A DNA stretch of 64,000 bases from Burkholderiaceae bacterium (GCA_037968655.1 JBBKVW010000290.1:1220-65219), one strand, 5' to 3'; shown: positions 48,798 to 63,985, counted from the first letter of the stretch. The notes: generated by a model from the letters alone, not told the origin. Numbers and translations: made by a program.

Positions 48798-50099
48798 CTA
48801 TTGGCCCATCTGCTGCGGCAGCCAGGACACGATGCCTGGGAAGATGTAGATCAGCGCCACCGCCACGCACATCAAGAGGAACATCGGCAACGTGACCTTG
48901 GCGATCCAGGGCAGCTCCTTGCCCGTCATGCCCTGCAGCACGAACAGGTTGAACCCGACCGGCGGCGTGATCTGTGCCATTTCGACCACCAGCACGACGA
49001 AGATGCCGAACCAGATCGGGTCGATGCCGGCGGCGTTGACGGTGGGCATCAGCACGCCCATCGTCAGCACCACCATCGAGATGCCGTCCAGGAAGCAGCC
49101 CAGCAGGATGAAGAACAGCGCCAGCGCGAAGATCAGTTCGGCTTTGGACAGTCCCAGCGAGCCGATCCATTCGGCCAGGTGGCGCGGCAGGCCGACATAG
49201 CCCATGGCCAGGGTCAGGAAGGATGCGCCGGCCAGGATCAGCGCGATCATGCAGTACAGGCGGGTAGCGCCCATCAACGAATCGCGAAAGCTGGCCCAGC
49301 TCAGCGAACCCTGAACGGCGGAGATTACCAAGGCGCCGACGACGCCGACCGACGCCGCTTCCGTGGCGGTGGCGATGCCGGCGTAGATCGACCCCAGCAC
49401 CGACAGGATCAACAGCACCACCGGAATCAGGCTGCGCGAGGCGGCGAACTTTTCACGCAGGGTGTAGCTCCGGTCCGCGGCCGGCACCTGGTGCGGATGG
49501 CGCAGCGCCCAGAACATGATGTAGCCCGAGAACAGCGCCGCCAGCAGCATGCCGGGAATAACGCCTGCAATGAAGAGCTTGGAAATGGACACTTCGGCCG
49601 CAACGCCGTAGACGATCATGATGATCGACGGTGGAATCAGCAGGCCCAGCGTGGCCGAGCCGGACAGGGTGCCGATCACCATGTGCTCCGGATAGCCACG
49701 CCGACCGAGTTCTGGCAGGGTCATCTTGCCGATGGTGGCGCAGGTGGCGGCGCTGGAGCCGGACACCGCGGCGAAGATGGTGCAGCCGATCACATTGGTG
49801 TGCAGCAGGCGGCCCGGCAGGGCCTGCACCCAGGGCGACAGCCCTGAGAACATGTCGGCACTGAGTCGGGTTCGAAACAGGATTTCGCCCATCCACACAA
49901 ACAAGGGCAGTGCAGTCAAAGTCCAACTCGACGAGGAGCCCCAGACCGTGACGGCCATCGCATCGCCAGCCGGCCGACTGGAAAACAGCGTCACGGCCAG
50001 CCAGGCCACACCGGTCAACGTGAGACCGACCCAGACGCCGCTGCCCAGGATCAGCAGCAGGGCGACCAGCAGCGTTGCGGTGATGGCGAAATCATTCAT
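48798..50099 (-). CDS. TRAP transporter large permease (DctM)
   Basis: ALPLFVWMGE, TLGLLIPPSI, ATATEAA, QITPPVGFNLFV. Confidence 0.93.
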   Translation of the reverse strand: MNDFAITATLLVALLLILGSGVWVGLTLTGVAWLAVTLFSSRPAGDAMAVTVWGSSSSWTLTALPLFVWMGEILFRTRLSADMFSGLSPWVQALPGRLLHTNVIGCTIFAAVSGSSAATCATIGKMTLPELGRRGYPEHMVIGTLSGSATLGLLIPPSIIMIVYGVAAEVSISKLFIAGVIPGMLLAALFSGYIMFWALRHPHQVPAADRSYTLREKFAASRSLIPVVLLILSVLGSIYAGIATATEAASVGVVGALVISAVQGSLSWASFRDSLMGATRLYCMIALILAGASFLTLAMGYVGLPRHLAEWIGSLGLSKAELIFALALFFILLGCFLDGISMVVLTMGVLMPTVNAAGIDPIWFGIFVVLVVEMAQITPPVGFNLFVLQGMTGKELPWIAKVTLPMFLLMCVAVALIYIFPGIVSWLPQQMGQ

Positions 50100-50114
50100 G
50101 GCAAGAGGTCGCCG

Positions 50115-50624
50115 TCATTCGTTATGCCTGGCTTCGGACGCACCGGCCGCGGCACGCCGGCCCCTTGCCTCCAGCACCAGTTCGTCGACAAAGGCGATGG
50201 CCAGCACGACAGTGCCCAGCGCCATGGCGATCTGTGGCATCCACAGCGGAGTGGCATCGCTGGCGGTGGAGATGTCGTTGAATACATGCGACTGCCAGGC
50301 CAGCTTGCAGCTGTAGAAGGCAAACATGCAGGCGACCATGCTGGCAAATGCCAGTGCCCATAGTTCCATGGCGCGCTTCCAGCGCCCCGACAGGGCACCA
50401 ATCACCAGCGTGACCCGGATATGGTCGCCGTGCTTGAGCGTATGCGCCAGCGCCAGGAAGCCGCTGGCGGCCATCAGGTAGCCGGCGTAGGCGTCGGTGC
50501 CGGGAACATGAAAATTGAACTGTCGTCCGAGGATGGACAGCAGCACCATGACCAGCACACCGATCAGAAAAAGCGCCGCCAGGGCGGCGGCGCTGTTGTA
50601 GATGACATCCAGCAGTTTGCGCAT
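50115..50624 (-). CDS. TRAP transporter small permease (DctQ)
   Basis: Four TM segments, GDHIRVTL, PLWMPQ. Confidence 0.9.
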   Translation of the reverse strand: MRKLLDVIYNSAAALAALFLIGVLVMVLLSILGRQFNFHVPGTDAYAGYLMAASGFLALAHTLKHGDHIRVTLVIGALSGRWKRAMELWALAFASMVACMFAFYSCKLAWQSHVFNDISTASDATPLWMPQIAMALGTVVLAIAFVDELVLEARGRRAAAGASEARHNE

Positions 50625-50712
50625 CAGTCAAGCCGGTGGTGCTGCCTGCCGAGCGCGGGCGCGTTCACAACAGCGGCCGTGTGGCAAAGATCGATCAGTG
50701 CGTGTTGGAAGC

Positions 50713-51681
50713 TCAGGGCTTCTTGAATGCGTCGACCAGCGCCTTGCCTTCGTCGCCCGCCTTGGCCAGCCACTCGGCCAGCATGGTGTCGCCAACCTTT
50801 TTCAGGTCGGCTTTCAATGCCGCGGACGGGGGCAGGATCTGCATGCCGCCGGCCTTGAGCCTTTCCAGCGAATCGGTGTTGGTTTTCTTGCTGGCAGCCC
50901 AGCCACGCACCTCGGCATCGGCGGCGGCCTTGAGCACGACGTCCTGCGTAGCCTTGTCGAGCGCGTCGAATGCCTTCTTGTTGACGATCAGCGCGTCTTT
51001 GGGCAGCCAGGCCTGGGTGTCGTACCAGTATTTGACATGTTCGTACAGTTTGGTATCGGCGCCGGTCGAGCCCGAACTCATCATGCTTTCGGCAACTCCT
51101 GTGGCAAAAGCCTGGCTCACTTCGGCAGCCTGCACCGTCACTGGCTGCGCGCCTACCAGTTCTGCGATGCGCGCCGTGGCCGGGCTATACGCGCGCCATT
51201 TGATGCCCTTGAGATCGGCCGCCGAGTTGAGCGGCTTCTTGCTGTAGATGCCTTGCGGTGGCCATGGCACCGAGTACAGCAGCATCATGCCCTCGGATGC
51301 GAGCTTCTTTTCGAGCAGCGGCTTTTGCGCCTTGTAGAGCTTCATCGCTTCGTCGTAGCTGTCGGCCAAAAATGGCAAGCCGTCGGCGGCATAGATTGAC
51401 CATTCGTTGGCAAAATTGGCCAGCAAAATCTCACCGGCCTGCGCCTGACCGCCTTGCACTGCACGCTTGATTTCTGGCGCCTTGAACAATGACGCGCCGG
51501 CATGCACCGTGATCTTGAGTTTTCCACCCGAGGCCTTGTCGACGTCGTTGGCAAATTCGGTCAAAGTGACCGAGTGAAAGTTGGTGGCCGGGTAGGCGGC
51601 AGGCAGGTCCCATTTGGTTTGTGCCTGTACGAGGCTGGCGGCGCAAAATGCGCCGGCCAGCAGGGCGAGTTTCAGCTTCAT
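50713..51681 (-). CDS. TRAP substrate-binding protein, pyroglutamate-binding DctP6-like
   Basis: QTKWDLP.AYP, APEIKRAVQG, WPPQGI, WRAYSP, AWLPK resemble Bordetella DctP6 as I recall it. Divergent from the oxoprolinase gene. Confidence 0.85.
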   Translation of the reverse strand: MKLKLALLAGAFCAASLVQAQTKWDLPAAYPATNFHSVTLTEFANDVDKASGGKLKITVHAGASLFKAPEIKRAVQGGQAQAGEILLANFANEWSIYAADGLPFLADSYDEAMKLYKAQKPLLEKKLASEGMMLLYSVPWPPQGIYSKKPLNSAADLKGIKWRAYSPATARIAELVGAQPVTVQAAEVSQAFATGVAESMMSSGSTGADTKLYEHVKYWYDTQAWLPKDALIVNKKAFDALDKATQDVVLKAAADAEVRGWAASKKTNTDSLERLKAGGMQILPPSAALKADLKKVGDTMLAEWLAKAGDEGKALVDAFKKP

Positions 51682-51898
51682 GAACGCTCCATGTGGTCAG
51701 GTGGTTGATCGGTGTGGATAGGATAGACGTAAATCCCGTTGGAGAGTCCCCGAGATTACCCCGAGCCCGAGCGGCCAGTTTCATTGCCCATGCCGTCATA
51801 TGAATCTGCGCTTTGCCATAGCCTTCGCAATGAGTGCCTGGCGCCACGGCACACTACCGATATAGAACCTTCGACATCGCAACACGAGAAATTGATCC

Positions 51899-55555
<3,657 letters not shown>

Positions 55556-55604
55556 CGAATGCGCGTCGCCAAGGCCAGAATGAGAACCAGAAAGGGCAAG
55601 ATGC

Positions 55605-56168
55605 ATGGAACCCGACATGCTGGAACACTACCGCTGGATGGCGCGCTACAACGCATGGTTCAACGGCCAGCTGTTCGCCGCAGCGGACCGGCTTGAAGAC
55701 TCCGATCGCAAGCGCGATCGTGGCGCGTTCTTCGGCTCCATCCATCGCACGCTCAATCATCTGATCGTCGCCGACCAGATCTGGCTCAAGCGGCTGCGTC
55801 AGTGCGGCCTGGACAATGGTTTTGATGCGTCGACTCTGACAAGTGCGGTGCTGGACCTGGCCGACGGGCATGGGCTGGACCAGGTGGTGTTTGACAACTG
55901 GGCCGATCTGCGTGCCAAACGCTTGCAACTGGACGACGCGATTTCTCAGTGGCTGGCCGAGATGCCACAGGGCTTTCCCGGCTACCCCATGCGCTACAGC
56001 AATACCAAGGGTGTGCTGCGCGAGCATCCGGCCTGGCAGGCCTTGTCGCACTTTTTCAACCATCAGACGCATCACCGGGGCCAGGTGACTACGCTGATGA
56101 TGCAGGCGGGCGTCGATGTCGGCGTGACCGATCTGATGGCCCTGGTCGGGCCGTCCAACCCGGCTTGA
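55605..56168 (+). CDS. DinB family protein
   Basis: YNAWFN, FFGSIHRTLNH, HFFNHQTHHRGQ. Confidence 0.9.
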   Translation: MEPDMLEHYRWMARYNAWFNGQLFAAADRLEDSDRKRDRGAFFGSIHRTLNHLIVADQIWLKRLRQCGLDNGFDASTLTSAVLDLADGHGLDQVVFDNWADLRAKRLQLDDAISQWLAEMPQGFPGYPMRYSNTKGVLREHPAWQALSHFFNHQTHHRGQVTTLMMQAGVDVGVTDLMALVGPSNPA

Positions 56169-56265
56169 GTAGCCGGCAAGGTATTGAAACTCTGTTTGAA
56201 CGCAGCTGATGCGAGTCTGACAGGAAAATTTCACCCGACAAACCCTGTCGCCATCCCGGCCGGGG

Positions 56266-56583
56266 TTATTTTTTGGCGCTCGTGGTGGCAGGCTTCGCGT
56301 CCATCTGTGTCGCGCCGATCTTGTATGTGGCGCCGCCAACTGTCAGCCCTTCGGCCGAGTACTTGGCTGCGTTGCTCGGACCGACGCCCTTGATGCGGGC
56401 GATGAGGTCGGTCCAGTCCTTGAAATTGCCTTTCTTGCGTTCGTCCAGGATGCGAGAGGACATGGCAGGGCCGATGCCCTTGATGCCGTCGAGTTCGGCG
56501 GCGCCGGCCTGGTTCACGTCGACGGCGGCGAAACTCGCCGAAGCCGACAGCAGGGCGATGATGGTCAGGATGTGCTTGAACAT
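56266..56583 (-). CDS. comEA: ComEA family helix-hairpin-helix DNA-binding protein
   Basis: Signal peptide, VDVNQA..AELDGIKGIGP, RIKGVG. Confidence 0.85.
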   Translation of the reverse strand: MFKHILTIIALLSASASFAAVDVNQAGAAELDGIKGIGPAMSSRILDERKKGNFKDWTDLIARIKGVGPSNAAKYSAEGLTVGGATYKIGATQMDAKPATTSAKK

Positions 56584-56806
56584 GGTGATTCCTTTGGCAT
56601 GACAGAGGGATGAATGCGTGGCTGCACCGATCATCGATGGCCACGACTGAACGATAGGTTCACCGGACCCGATTGCGGCGATGCGCCATCCGCCAAAGGA
56701 ATGAGAAAGCCCGATGCAAGGCCCGGGACCAAACGCCGCGGGCGCTCGCCATCCCGCGCAAGGAGCAGGGCGGCGATGGGGCAGGGCTTGCCAGTGCCTG
56801 CGCCTG

Positions 56807-57655
56807 TCAGCGTTCGACCGTGCGCTTGTAGGTTTCTGGTCGCCGGTCACGGTAGAACTGCCAGGCGTTGCGCACCTCGCGCAGCACCTCCATGTCCAGG
56901 TCGCGAATCACCAGTTCGCTCTGGTCGGTGCTGGCGACGGCACCGACATAGTTTCCACGTGGATCGACAAAATAGCTCGAGCCGTAAAAGGTTACAGCCT
57001 TGTCGCCAAATTCAGCGCTTTCGTTCCCGATGCGATTGTTGGCTGCGATGAAGTACTGGTTGGCCGCGGCCGCGGCGGGCTGTTCCAACTCCCACAGTCG
57101 GTTGGACAGACCTGGTTTGGTAGCCGAGGGATTGAACACGACGGTGGCGCCGGCCAGACCGAGTTCACGCCAGCCTTCCGGGAAGTGCCGGTCATAACAG
57201 ATGTAGACGCCGATCCGGCCCACCGCGGTATCGAACACGGGGTAGCCCAGCGTGCCCGGACGGAAGTAGAACTTCTCCCAGAACTGCGGCAGGTTGGGAA
57301 TATGGTGCTTGCGGTACTTGCCCAGTAATTTGCCGTCGGCGTCGATCACGGCGGCGGTGTTGTAGTACAGGCCGGGCATCTCCTCTTCGTAGATCGGCAG
57401 CACGATCACCAGATTCAAGTCGGCCGCAAGTTTCTGAAACCGTTCCACCGTCGGGCCGGGGATCGATTCGGCGTAAGCGTAGTACTTGGCGTCTTCGATG
57501 ATCCCGAAGTACGGTCCGTAGAAAAGCTCCTGGAAGCAGATGATGCCCGCGCCCTGGGCCGCCGCGTCGCGCGCGAACTTCTCATGCTTGGCGATCATCG
57601 ACTCCTTGTCGCCGGTCCAGTCGGTTTGGGTGATGGCTGCTCGTATCGTATTCAT
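56807..57655 (-). CDS. Nitrilase-superfamily amidase, beta-ureidopropionase-like
   Basis: Catalytic triad motifs FQELF, YRKHHIP and ICYDRHFPE, plus FWEKFYF and QFYRDRRP. Confidence 0.88.
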   Translation of the reverse strand: MNTIRAAITQTDWTGDKESMIAKHEKFARDAAAQGAGIICFQELFYGPYFGIIEDAKYYAYAESIPGPTVERFQKLAADLNLVIVLPIYEEEMPGLYYNTAAVIDADGKLLGKYRKHHIPNLPQFWEKFYFRPGTLGYPVFDTAVGRIGVYICYDRHFPEGWRELGLAGATVVFNPSATKPGLSNRLWELEQPAAAAANQYFIAANNRIGNESAEFGDKAVTFYGSSYFVDPRGNYVGAVASTDQSELVIRDLDMEVLREVRNAWQFYRDRRPETYKRTVER

Positions 57656-57876
57656 GGCGTGTTCCGTTCGCGACTTCGACAGGATTGATGCGGGGCAGGT
57701 GGTTCGCCCGGCAGGCTCCAGTATGCAGCCATGCCGGCGACTGTCAAATTGCGCAGTGCAAGGAGTTGGAACGACGGCGTCAGGGCATGCACTGCCCTGA
57801 ATTGCGTTGCGGGATCGGAGGTCCGGGGCCTAGAATTTGCTGGCCGGCATTTGCTGGCGTCAATACTGGATTCAAC

Positions 57877-58116
57877 ATGTCAAAGAAACTGCTATTGCTG
57901 CCCTTGCTATTCATGTCCGCTGCCGCCTTTGCGCATGGCTGTCCCAACGAGATGAAGGCGATAGACGCCAAGCTGGCCACCAGTCCCATGCTGGCTGAGG
58001 CCGACATGAGCAAGGTCAAGACCTTGCGTGCCGACGGCGAGAAGATGCACAAGGAAGGCAAGCACGCCGAATCGATGAAGGCACTGGGCGACGCGAAGAA
58101 GCTGTTGGGGCTCTGA
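57877..58116 (+). CDS. Small exported hypothetical protein
   Basis: Signal peptide ending AFA, mature start HGCP, helical body with H..GKH. Confidence 0.7.
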   Translation: MSKKLLLLPLLFMSAAAFAHGCPNEMKAIDAKLATSPMLAEADMSKVKTLRADGEKMHKEGKHAESMKALGDAKKLLGL

Positions 58117-58223
58117 CGCCAGCGTCAGGCCGCATTGCCGTTTGGGTGTCATTTGCGGCCGCGTCCTGGCTTGCGTCCAGCCATTGGAATCGCGTCTGTG
58201 CTTGCGTCAGTAGAGCCGAAAAA

Positions 58224-59381
58224 TCACAATTCTTCGACCCTGCGCGCGGGATAGCTGTCCCATGCCTGGCAACCTGGGCACTGCCAGAAGTGTTGCTTGG
58301 CCTCGAAGCCGCAGGCGGCGCAACGGTAGCGTGTCAGCGGCTTGGTTGCATGTTCAAGGGCTCGGCGCACCAGCGGCTGAGCGCTGTCGTGATCGGCCGG
58401 CTGGCCGGCATACCAGCGCGCTGCAGCCACCAACGAGGGCTCTTTTTCGAGATGGCGCAAATACCACTGTCGCGATTGCGCGGGCGCAGCTCCCAGATGC
58501 GCCTCAAGCGTGACGATCGCCTCCATGCAGTCAATGCAGGGTGATTCTGCGTAGTAGGATTGCATGCGCGCCAGAACCTGGTGCGCCTGGTTGTTGGCGA
58601 TACCCAATTGGGCCATTTGCCCGGCTATCAAGGGCACTGCGGCCGGCGCGCTTTCGTAGATGGCCTCAAGGGTGCGCAGCGCCTGTGCCGCATCGCCACG
58701 TTGGGCAAGTAGCTTGGCCAGTTCCATGCGCGGTCGCGCAGCATTGGGCGCATTGCTGATCGCCTGCTCCAGCAGTTTTTGCGCGGCCTCCGTTTCATGC
58801 GCTGCCAGGTGCGCAGCGCTTTGTTCGCACAGGTAGTGCGCCAGCCGGGCGGTGAAGCTGCCATGCTCGGCATCTTCCAGGCGCTGCGCCACATCGGCTG
58901 CATGAACCCAGTCGCGCGAGCGTTCGTAGTTGGCCAGCAGTGCCAGGCGAGCCTCCGACTCGAAGGGCGTGCCCTCGAGTTTGAGCAGGGCCTCCTCGGC
59001 GCGGTCGAGCAGGCCGGCGCGCAGGTAGTCCAGGGCCAGCGCATGCTGGGCCCGATGCCTGTCCTTGCTTGTCAGGTCCCCACGCGACAGCAGATGCTGG
59101 TGCACGCGCACTGCGCGCTCATACTCGCCGCGCCGGCGAAACAGGTTTCCCAGCGCGAAATGCAGTTCTGACGTGTCAGGGTCGTTCTGGACGGCCTCGA
59201 TGAAGGCATCAATGGCCTGGTCCTGTTGTTCGTTGAGCAGGAAATTGAGGCCGCGAAAATAGGCCTTGGGTGCGCGGCGGTTTTCCATGCGCAGCTGGCG
59301 CAAGTCAAAGCGCGACGCTGCCCAACCAAGAATGAATGCGACCGGCAGGCTCAGCAGCAGCCAGCTGATGTCAAAGTCCAT
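58224..59381 (-). CDS. lapB: Lipopolysaccharide assembly protein B
   Basis: N-terminal TM, YFRGLNFLLNEQQDQAI, TPR repeats, C-terminal rubredoxin-like CAACGF...CPGC. Confidence 0.95.
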   Translation of the reverse strand: MDFDISWLLLSLPVAFILGWAASRFDLRQLRMENRRAPKAYFRGLNFLLNEQQDQAIDAFIEAVQNDPDTSELHFALGNLFRRRGEYERAVRVHQHLLSRGDLTSKDRHRAQHALALDYLRAGLLDRAEEALLKLEGTPFESEARLALLANYERSRDWVHAADVAQRLEDAEHGSFTARLAHYLCEQSAAHLAAHETEAAQKLLEQAISNAPNAARPRMELAKLLAQRGDAAQALRTLEAIYESAPAAVPLIAGQMAQLGIANNQAHQVLARMQSYYAESPCIDCMEAIVTLEAHLGAAPAQSRQWYLRHLEKEPSLVAAARWYAGQPADHDSAQPLVRRALEHATKPLTRYRCAACGFEAKQHFWQCPGCQAWDSYPARRVEEL

Positions 59382-59673
59382 GCGGCGCTACGGGCGGTGT
59401 TGCCGACTCAGCTGTGGGAGCGAGCTTTGCGCTTAGCCGTTCGCGTTGGGCCGGTTCAGTGCGTTTCCAGCGCCACGGCGCCATGCCCAAGACGCCGACA
59501 ATCAATCCGATGGCGAACGCCGCCAGAACGATGAGCACCATCGGGCTGCGCCACTGGTGGCCAAAAAACAGATGCAGACTGGCATCGTGCTGGTTGTTCA
59601 AGGCAAACGCAAACAGCGTGAAAAAGACGAATGCCTTGAGTATCCATTTGAGCAGCCGGACTGTGTTCTTCAT
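59371..59673 (-). CDS. lapA: Lipopolysaccharide assembly protein A
   Basis: FAFALNN and two TM segments, between ihfB and lapB. Confidence 0.85.
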   Translation of the reverse strand: MKNTVRLLKWILKAFVFFTLFAFALNNQHDASLHLFFGHQWRSPMVLIVLAAFAIGLIVGVLGMAPWRWKRTEPAQRERLSAKLAPTAESATPPVAPHGL

Positions 59674-59767
59674 GCGTTTGGATTCTAAGGGGCCGCTTCG
59701 AAAACGGATACCCGTGGGATGCGCGGATGCCTTTTGGCAAGGCCGCAGGCAAGGCCAAGAAGTGCGC

Positions 59768-60094
59768 CTAGGCGCGACGCTTGTCGACGCGACCGGGTGC
59801 CAGGTTATCTGCCGAGCGGCGATCAACCGATTCACGCAATGCTTTTCCCGGTTTGAAGTGGGGAACCCGCTTCTCGGGTATTGCGACGCTTTCGCCACTG
59901 CGCGGATTGCGCCCCATGCGCGGGGGGCGGCGATTGATTGAAAAACTGCCAAAACCTCTGATTTCAATGCGATGACCCGCCACCAGCGCGTCGTTCATCG
60001 CGTCAAGGATGGCCTTTACCGCAAACTCGGCGTCGCGGTGGGTAAGCTGGCTGAAACGACCAGCCAACTGTTCAACGAGGTCTGATCGGGTCAT
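59768..60094 (-). CDS. ihfB: Integration host factor beta subunit
   Basis: [36 protein letters not shown]. Confidence 0.96.
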   Translation of the reverse strand: MTRSDLVEQLAGRFSQLTHRDAEFAVKAILDAMNDALVAGHRIEIRGFGSFSINRRPPRMGRNPRSGESVAIPEKRVPHFKPGKALRESVDRRSADNLAPGRVDKRRA

Positions 60095-60169
60095 GGTTTG
60101 GAATCTGGCTGCCGGACTACCGGCGCGCAACCCACAGTCGCGCGCCGGCAGTCATGCGACACAACAGGA

Positions 60170-61849
60170 TCAGTTGTTGTCCAGTTTGGCGCGCAACAAG
60201 GCACCCAGGCTCGTCGTGCCTGCGTTCTCGCGTTGCGAGCCCTGGCTCAGATTGGCCATGGCTTCATGCTGATCCACTGCATCCTTGGCTTTGATCGACA
60301 ATTGGATGTTGCGGGTCTTGCGATCCACGTTGACCACCACAGCGGTGACTTCGTCACCTTCCTTGAGCACGTTGCGCGCGTCTTCCACACGATCGCGGCT
60401 GATCTCGGAAGCCCGCAGATAGGCAATGATGTCGTTGCCCAGGTCGATCTCTGCGCCTTTGGGGTCGACAGTCTTGACTTTTCCGGTGACGATCTGGCCC
60501 TTGTCGTTGACCGACACGAAGGTGGTGAACGGATCCGAATCAAGTTGCTTGATACCCAGCGAGATGCGCTCGCGGTCCACATCCACTGCCAGCACCAGAG
60601 CTTCAACTTCCTGGCCCTTCTTGTAGTTGCGCACGGCGGCTTCGCCCGGCTCGTTCCAGCTCAGGTCGGACAGATGTACCAGGCCGTCGATGCCGGCAGC
60701 CAGGCCCACGAACACGCCAAAGTCGGTGATCGACTTGATCGGGCCCTTGACGCGGTCGCCGCGCTTGGTGTTTTGCGCGAATTCCTGCCACGGATTGGCC
60801 TTGCACTGCTTCATGCCCAGGCTGATGCGGCGCTTGTCTTCGTCGATCTCCAGCACCATGACCTCGACCTCGTCACCCAGCGTGACGATCTTGCTTGGCG
60901 CGACGTTCTTGTTGGTCCAGTCCATTTCGGATACGTGCACCAGGCCTTCGATGCCGGGCTCGAGTTCGACGAATGCGCCGTAGTCGGCGATGTTGGTGAT
61001 CTTGCCGAACATGCGCGTGCCCTGCGGATAGCGGCGGTTCACGCCCATCCATGGATCGTCGCCCAACTGCTTGAGGCCCAGCGAGACACGGTTCTTTTCG
61101 GTGTCGAACTTCAGGATCTTTGCCATCAACTCCTGGCCAGCGGTCACCACTTCGCTCGGGTGACGCACACGGCGCCAGGCCATGTCGGTGATGTGCAAAA
61201 GGCCGTCGATGCCGCCCAGGTCGACAAAGGCGCCGTATTCGGTGATGTTCTTGACAACGCCGCTGACGATGGCGCCTTCTTTCAGGGTGGCCATCAACTT
61301 GGCGCGCTCTTCGCCCATGCTGGCTTCGACCACGGCACGGCGCGACAACACGACGTTGTTGCGCTTGCGGTCGAGCTTGATGACCTTGAATTCCAGGGTC
61401 TTATTTTCGTACGGCGTCAGGTCCTTGGTCGGACGTGTGTCGACCAGGGAACCTGGCAGGAATGCGCGAATGCCATTGACCAGCACAGTAAGGCCGCCCT
61501 TGACTTTGCCGCTGGTCGTGCCGGTGACGAACTCGCCGGACTCAAGTGATTTCTCGAGCGACATCCAGGACGCCAGGCGTTTGGCAGTGTCGCGGCTGAC
61601 GATGGTGTCGCCATATCCGTTTTCCATCGCAACAATGGCTACTGATACGAACTCGCCAACTTGCACTTCTAATTCGCCCTTGTCGCTCTTGAACTCGGTC
61701 AGGGGCACATAGGCTTCGGATTTGAGGCCGGCGTTGACGACCACGAAATTGTGTTCGATACGCACCACTTCAGCGGTGACAACCTCGCCAATGCGGGTTT
61801 CGGAGCGCTTCAGCGATTCTTCAAATAAGTCGGCAAATGATTCAGACAT
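60170..61849 (-). CDS. rpsA: 30S ribosomal protein S1
   Basis: [12 protein letters not shown], repeated S1 domains ([26 protein letters not shown]). Confidence 0.98.
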   Translation of the reverse strand: MSESFADLFEESLKRSETRIGEVVTAEVVRIEHNFVVVNAGLKSEAYVPLTEFKSDKGELEVQVGEFVSVAIVAMENGYGDTIVSRDTAKRLASWMSLEKSLESGEFVTGTTSGKVKGGLTVLVNGIRAFLPGSLVDTRPTKDLTPYENKTLEFKVIKLDRKRNNVVLSRRAVVEASMGEERAKLMATLKEGAIVSGVVKNITEYGAFVDLGGIDGLLHITDMAWRRVRHPSEVVTAGQELMAKILKFDTEKNRVSLGLKQLGDDPWMGVNRRYPQGTRMFGKITNIADYGAFVELEPGIEGLVHVSEMDWTNKNVAPSKIVTLGDEVEVMVLEIDEDKRRISLGMKQCKANPWQEFAQNTKRGDRVKGPIKSITDFGVFVGLAAGIDGLVHLSDLSWNEPGEAAVRNYKKGQEVEALVLAVDVDRERISLGIKQLDSDPFTTFVSVNDKGQIVTGKVKTVDPKGAEIDLGNDIIAYLRASEISRDRVEDARNVLKEGDEVTAVVVNVDRKTRNIQLSIKAKDAVDQHEAMANLSQGSQRENAGTTSLGALLRAKLDNN

Positions 61850-61972
61850 GGTGTTTGCGGATGAACCGCGGGTTAAGTTTTTCCACCACACAACCAGTGC
61901 GCCATTGAGGCGCGAGGGGAGTCATGTGGACCACCGCAACAGCCGGGGCTGCTGCGTTTTTGTTCGCGCTGC

Positions 61973-63985
61973 CTAGGCGTCGCGAAACGGCTGCTTGCCT
62001 TGCCACCAATTCAAAACCTGGTTGACCGACTCTTGGACGGTCAACTCGGAGTTGTCCAGCAGTTTGGCATCTTGCGCGGGCTTCAAGGGCGCGGTGCTGC
62101 GATTGGAATCGCGCGCATCACGCGCCTCAAGGTCTGCGCGAAGAGCGGAAAGTGTAGCTGAAAATCCCTTTGAAATCAATTGTTTATGCCGCCTTTCCGC
62201 GCGTCGGGTGGCGTTGGCGGTCAAAAACACCTTGAGCTGCGCGCCAGGAAAAATGACCGTGCCCATGTCGCGCCCATCGGCTACCAGTCCGGGCAGGCGC
62301 TGCGCGCAATGCTGCAATGCAATCAAGGCGTCGCGCACCTGGGGCAGGACGGACACCCGGGATGCCTGCATGCCCATGTCTTCGGTGCGCACCAGGTCGC
62401 TGACGTTCTCCTCGCCCAGCAGGATGCGTCCTGCGTCAAAGCGGATCTTCAAGGTCGCCACCAGGGACGCAATTGCGGATGCTCCCGTTGAGTCAAGCGA
62501 CAGTCCGGCGCGGGTCGCGGCCAGCGCGGTAATGCGGTACAACGCGCCGGAGTCCAGAAACTGGTAGCCCAGCGCTTTCGCCAATTCGGCGGCCAGAGTG
62601 CCCTTGCCCGAGGCCGTCGGTCCGTCGATGCAAATTACCGGAATCCTGTTCAAGGGTGTCTGCACGACAGAGAACAGGGTCTCGAAATAATCCGGGTAGG
62701 TCTTGGCGACACATTGCGGATCGCGGATTCGCACCGGCAGGCGTGCCGGATTGAAGGCTGCCAACGACAGGCACATCGCCATGCGGTGATCGTCATAGGT
62801 GTCGACACTGGCTGCGCGCCAATCCGAAGCATGCGCTGGCGGTGTGATCCGGATGAAGTCTTCTCCCTCGTCGATCACGGCGCCAAACTTGCGCAGTTCG
62901 GTCGTCATGGCGGCGATCCGATCGGTTTCCTTGACCCGCCAACTGGCGATGTTGCGCAATGTGCTGGTGCCATTGGCATACAGCGCCATCACGGCCAGGG
63001 TCATCGCGGCGTCGGGAATATGGTTGCAATCCAGATCAATTGCCTGCAATTGCTGATTGGTTCCGGCTGATGGTCCGGATACTTCGAGCCAGTTCGCGCC
63101 ACTGCTTACCTGCGCTCCCATGGCGCGCGCAGCATCGACAAATCGGATGTCTCCCTGGATCGACGTTGCCCCTACACCATCGATGCGCAACGGGCTGCTT
63201 CCGGCGCGCGCGATCGCCCCCAGCGCGATGAAATAGCTGGCCGAAGAGGCATCTGCCTCGACATGGAGATCGCCCGGCGAACGCAAGCGGCTTCCTGCGA
63301 GTATGGTGAATTGGCTCCATTCGTCCCTTTGTACCGTGACACCATAGCGATCCAGCAGGTTCAACGTAATGGCGATATACGGTTTGGATATCAGTTCGCC
63401 CTGCACCGCAATCACAATGTCATGGTGCGCCACCAAGGGCAGGGCCATCAAAAGGGCGGTCAGGAACTGGCTCGATACGTCGCCACGCACAACGATTGGC
63501 TGATCCAGCGCCAGCTTCGGTGCGCCTATGCGCAATGGCGGATAGCCTGGCTTGTCCAGGTAGTCGATCTGGCAGCCAAGTTGACGCAATGCATCGATCA
63601 GATCGCCAATCGGGCGTTCATGCATGCGCGCAACGCCACGCAAATTGAACTCGCCACCGAGTAAGGAAAGTGCCGCGGTCAAGGGCCGCATTGCGGTGCC
63701 GGCATTGCCCAGGAAAAGATCGGCCTTCTTGACTGATAGTTGCCCACCCATGCCGCCAATGACGGTGCGCATGCCATCTTGCTTGACGCTGCATCCCAGA
63801 GTGCGTAACGCCTGCAACATCACCCGTGTGTCGTCGGAGTCGAGCAGGTCGTGCAGAACGGTTTGACCTTCGCACAAGGCAGACAGCAGCAGTACGCGAT
63901 TGGAGATGCTCTTGGAGCCAGGCAGCGTCACCTGCCCACCAGCCGTCTCCAGTGCCGGCAGATCCAGAAATGCAGTGGAGAACAT
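61973..63985 (-). CDS. aroA: Bifunctional EPSP synthase / cytidylate kinase (AroA-Cmk fusion)
   Basis: [35 protein letters not shown], then [30 protein letters not shown]. Confidence 0.96.
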   Translation of the reverse strand: MFSTAFLDLPALETAGGQVTLPGSKSISNRVLLLSALCEGQTVLHDLLDSDDTRVMLQALRTLGCSVKQDGMRTVIGGMGGQLSVKKADLFLGNAGTAMRPLTAALSLLGGEFNLRGVARMHERPIGDLIDALRQLGCQIDYLDKPGYPPLRIGAPKLALDQPIVVRGDVSSQFLTALLMALPLVAHHDIVIAVQGELISKPYIAITLNLLDRYGVTVQRDEWSQFTILAGSRLRSPGDLHVEADASSASYFIALGAIARAGSSPLRIDGVGATSIQGDIRFVDAARAMGAQVSSGANWLEVSGPSAGTNQQLQAIDLDCNHIPDAAMTLAVMALYANGTSTLRNIASWRVKETDRIAAMTTELRKFGAVIDEGEDFIRITPPAHASDWRAASVDTYDDHRMAMCLSLAAFNPARLPVRIRDPQCVAKTYPDYFETLFSVVQTPLNRIPVICIDGPTASGKGTLAAELAKALGYQFLDSGALYRITALAATRAGLSLDSTGASAIASLVATLKIRFDAGRILLGEENVSDLVRTEDMGMQASRVSVLPQVRDALIALQHCAQRLPGLVADGRDMGTVIFPGAQLKVFLTANATRRAERRHKQLISKGFSATLSALRADLEARDARDSNRSTAPLKPAQDAKLLDNSELTVQESVNQVLNWWQGKQPFRDA

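Noticed and set aside
48785-48800. Fluoride riboswitch upstream of crcB
   Set aside because: Only 13 nt separate crcB from dctM and the riboswitch consensus is absent.
61973-63985. AroA-Cmk fusion as a novelty
   Set aside because: This fusion is already known in Comamonadaceae. It is useful only as a taxonomic hint.
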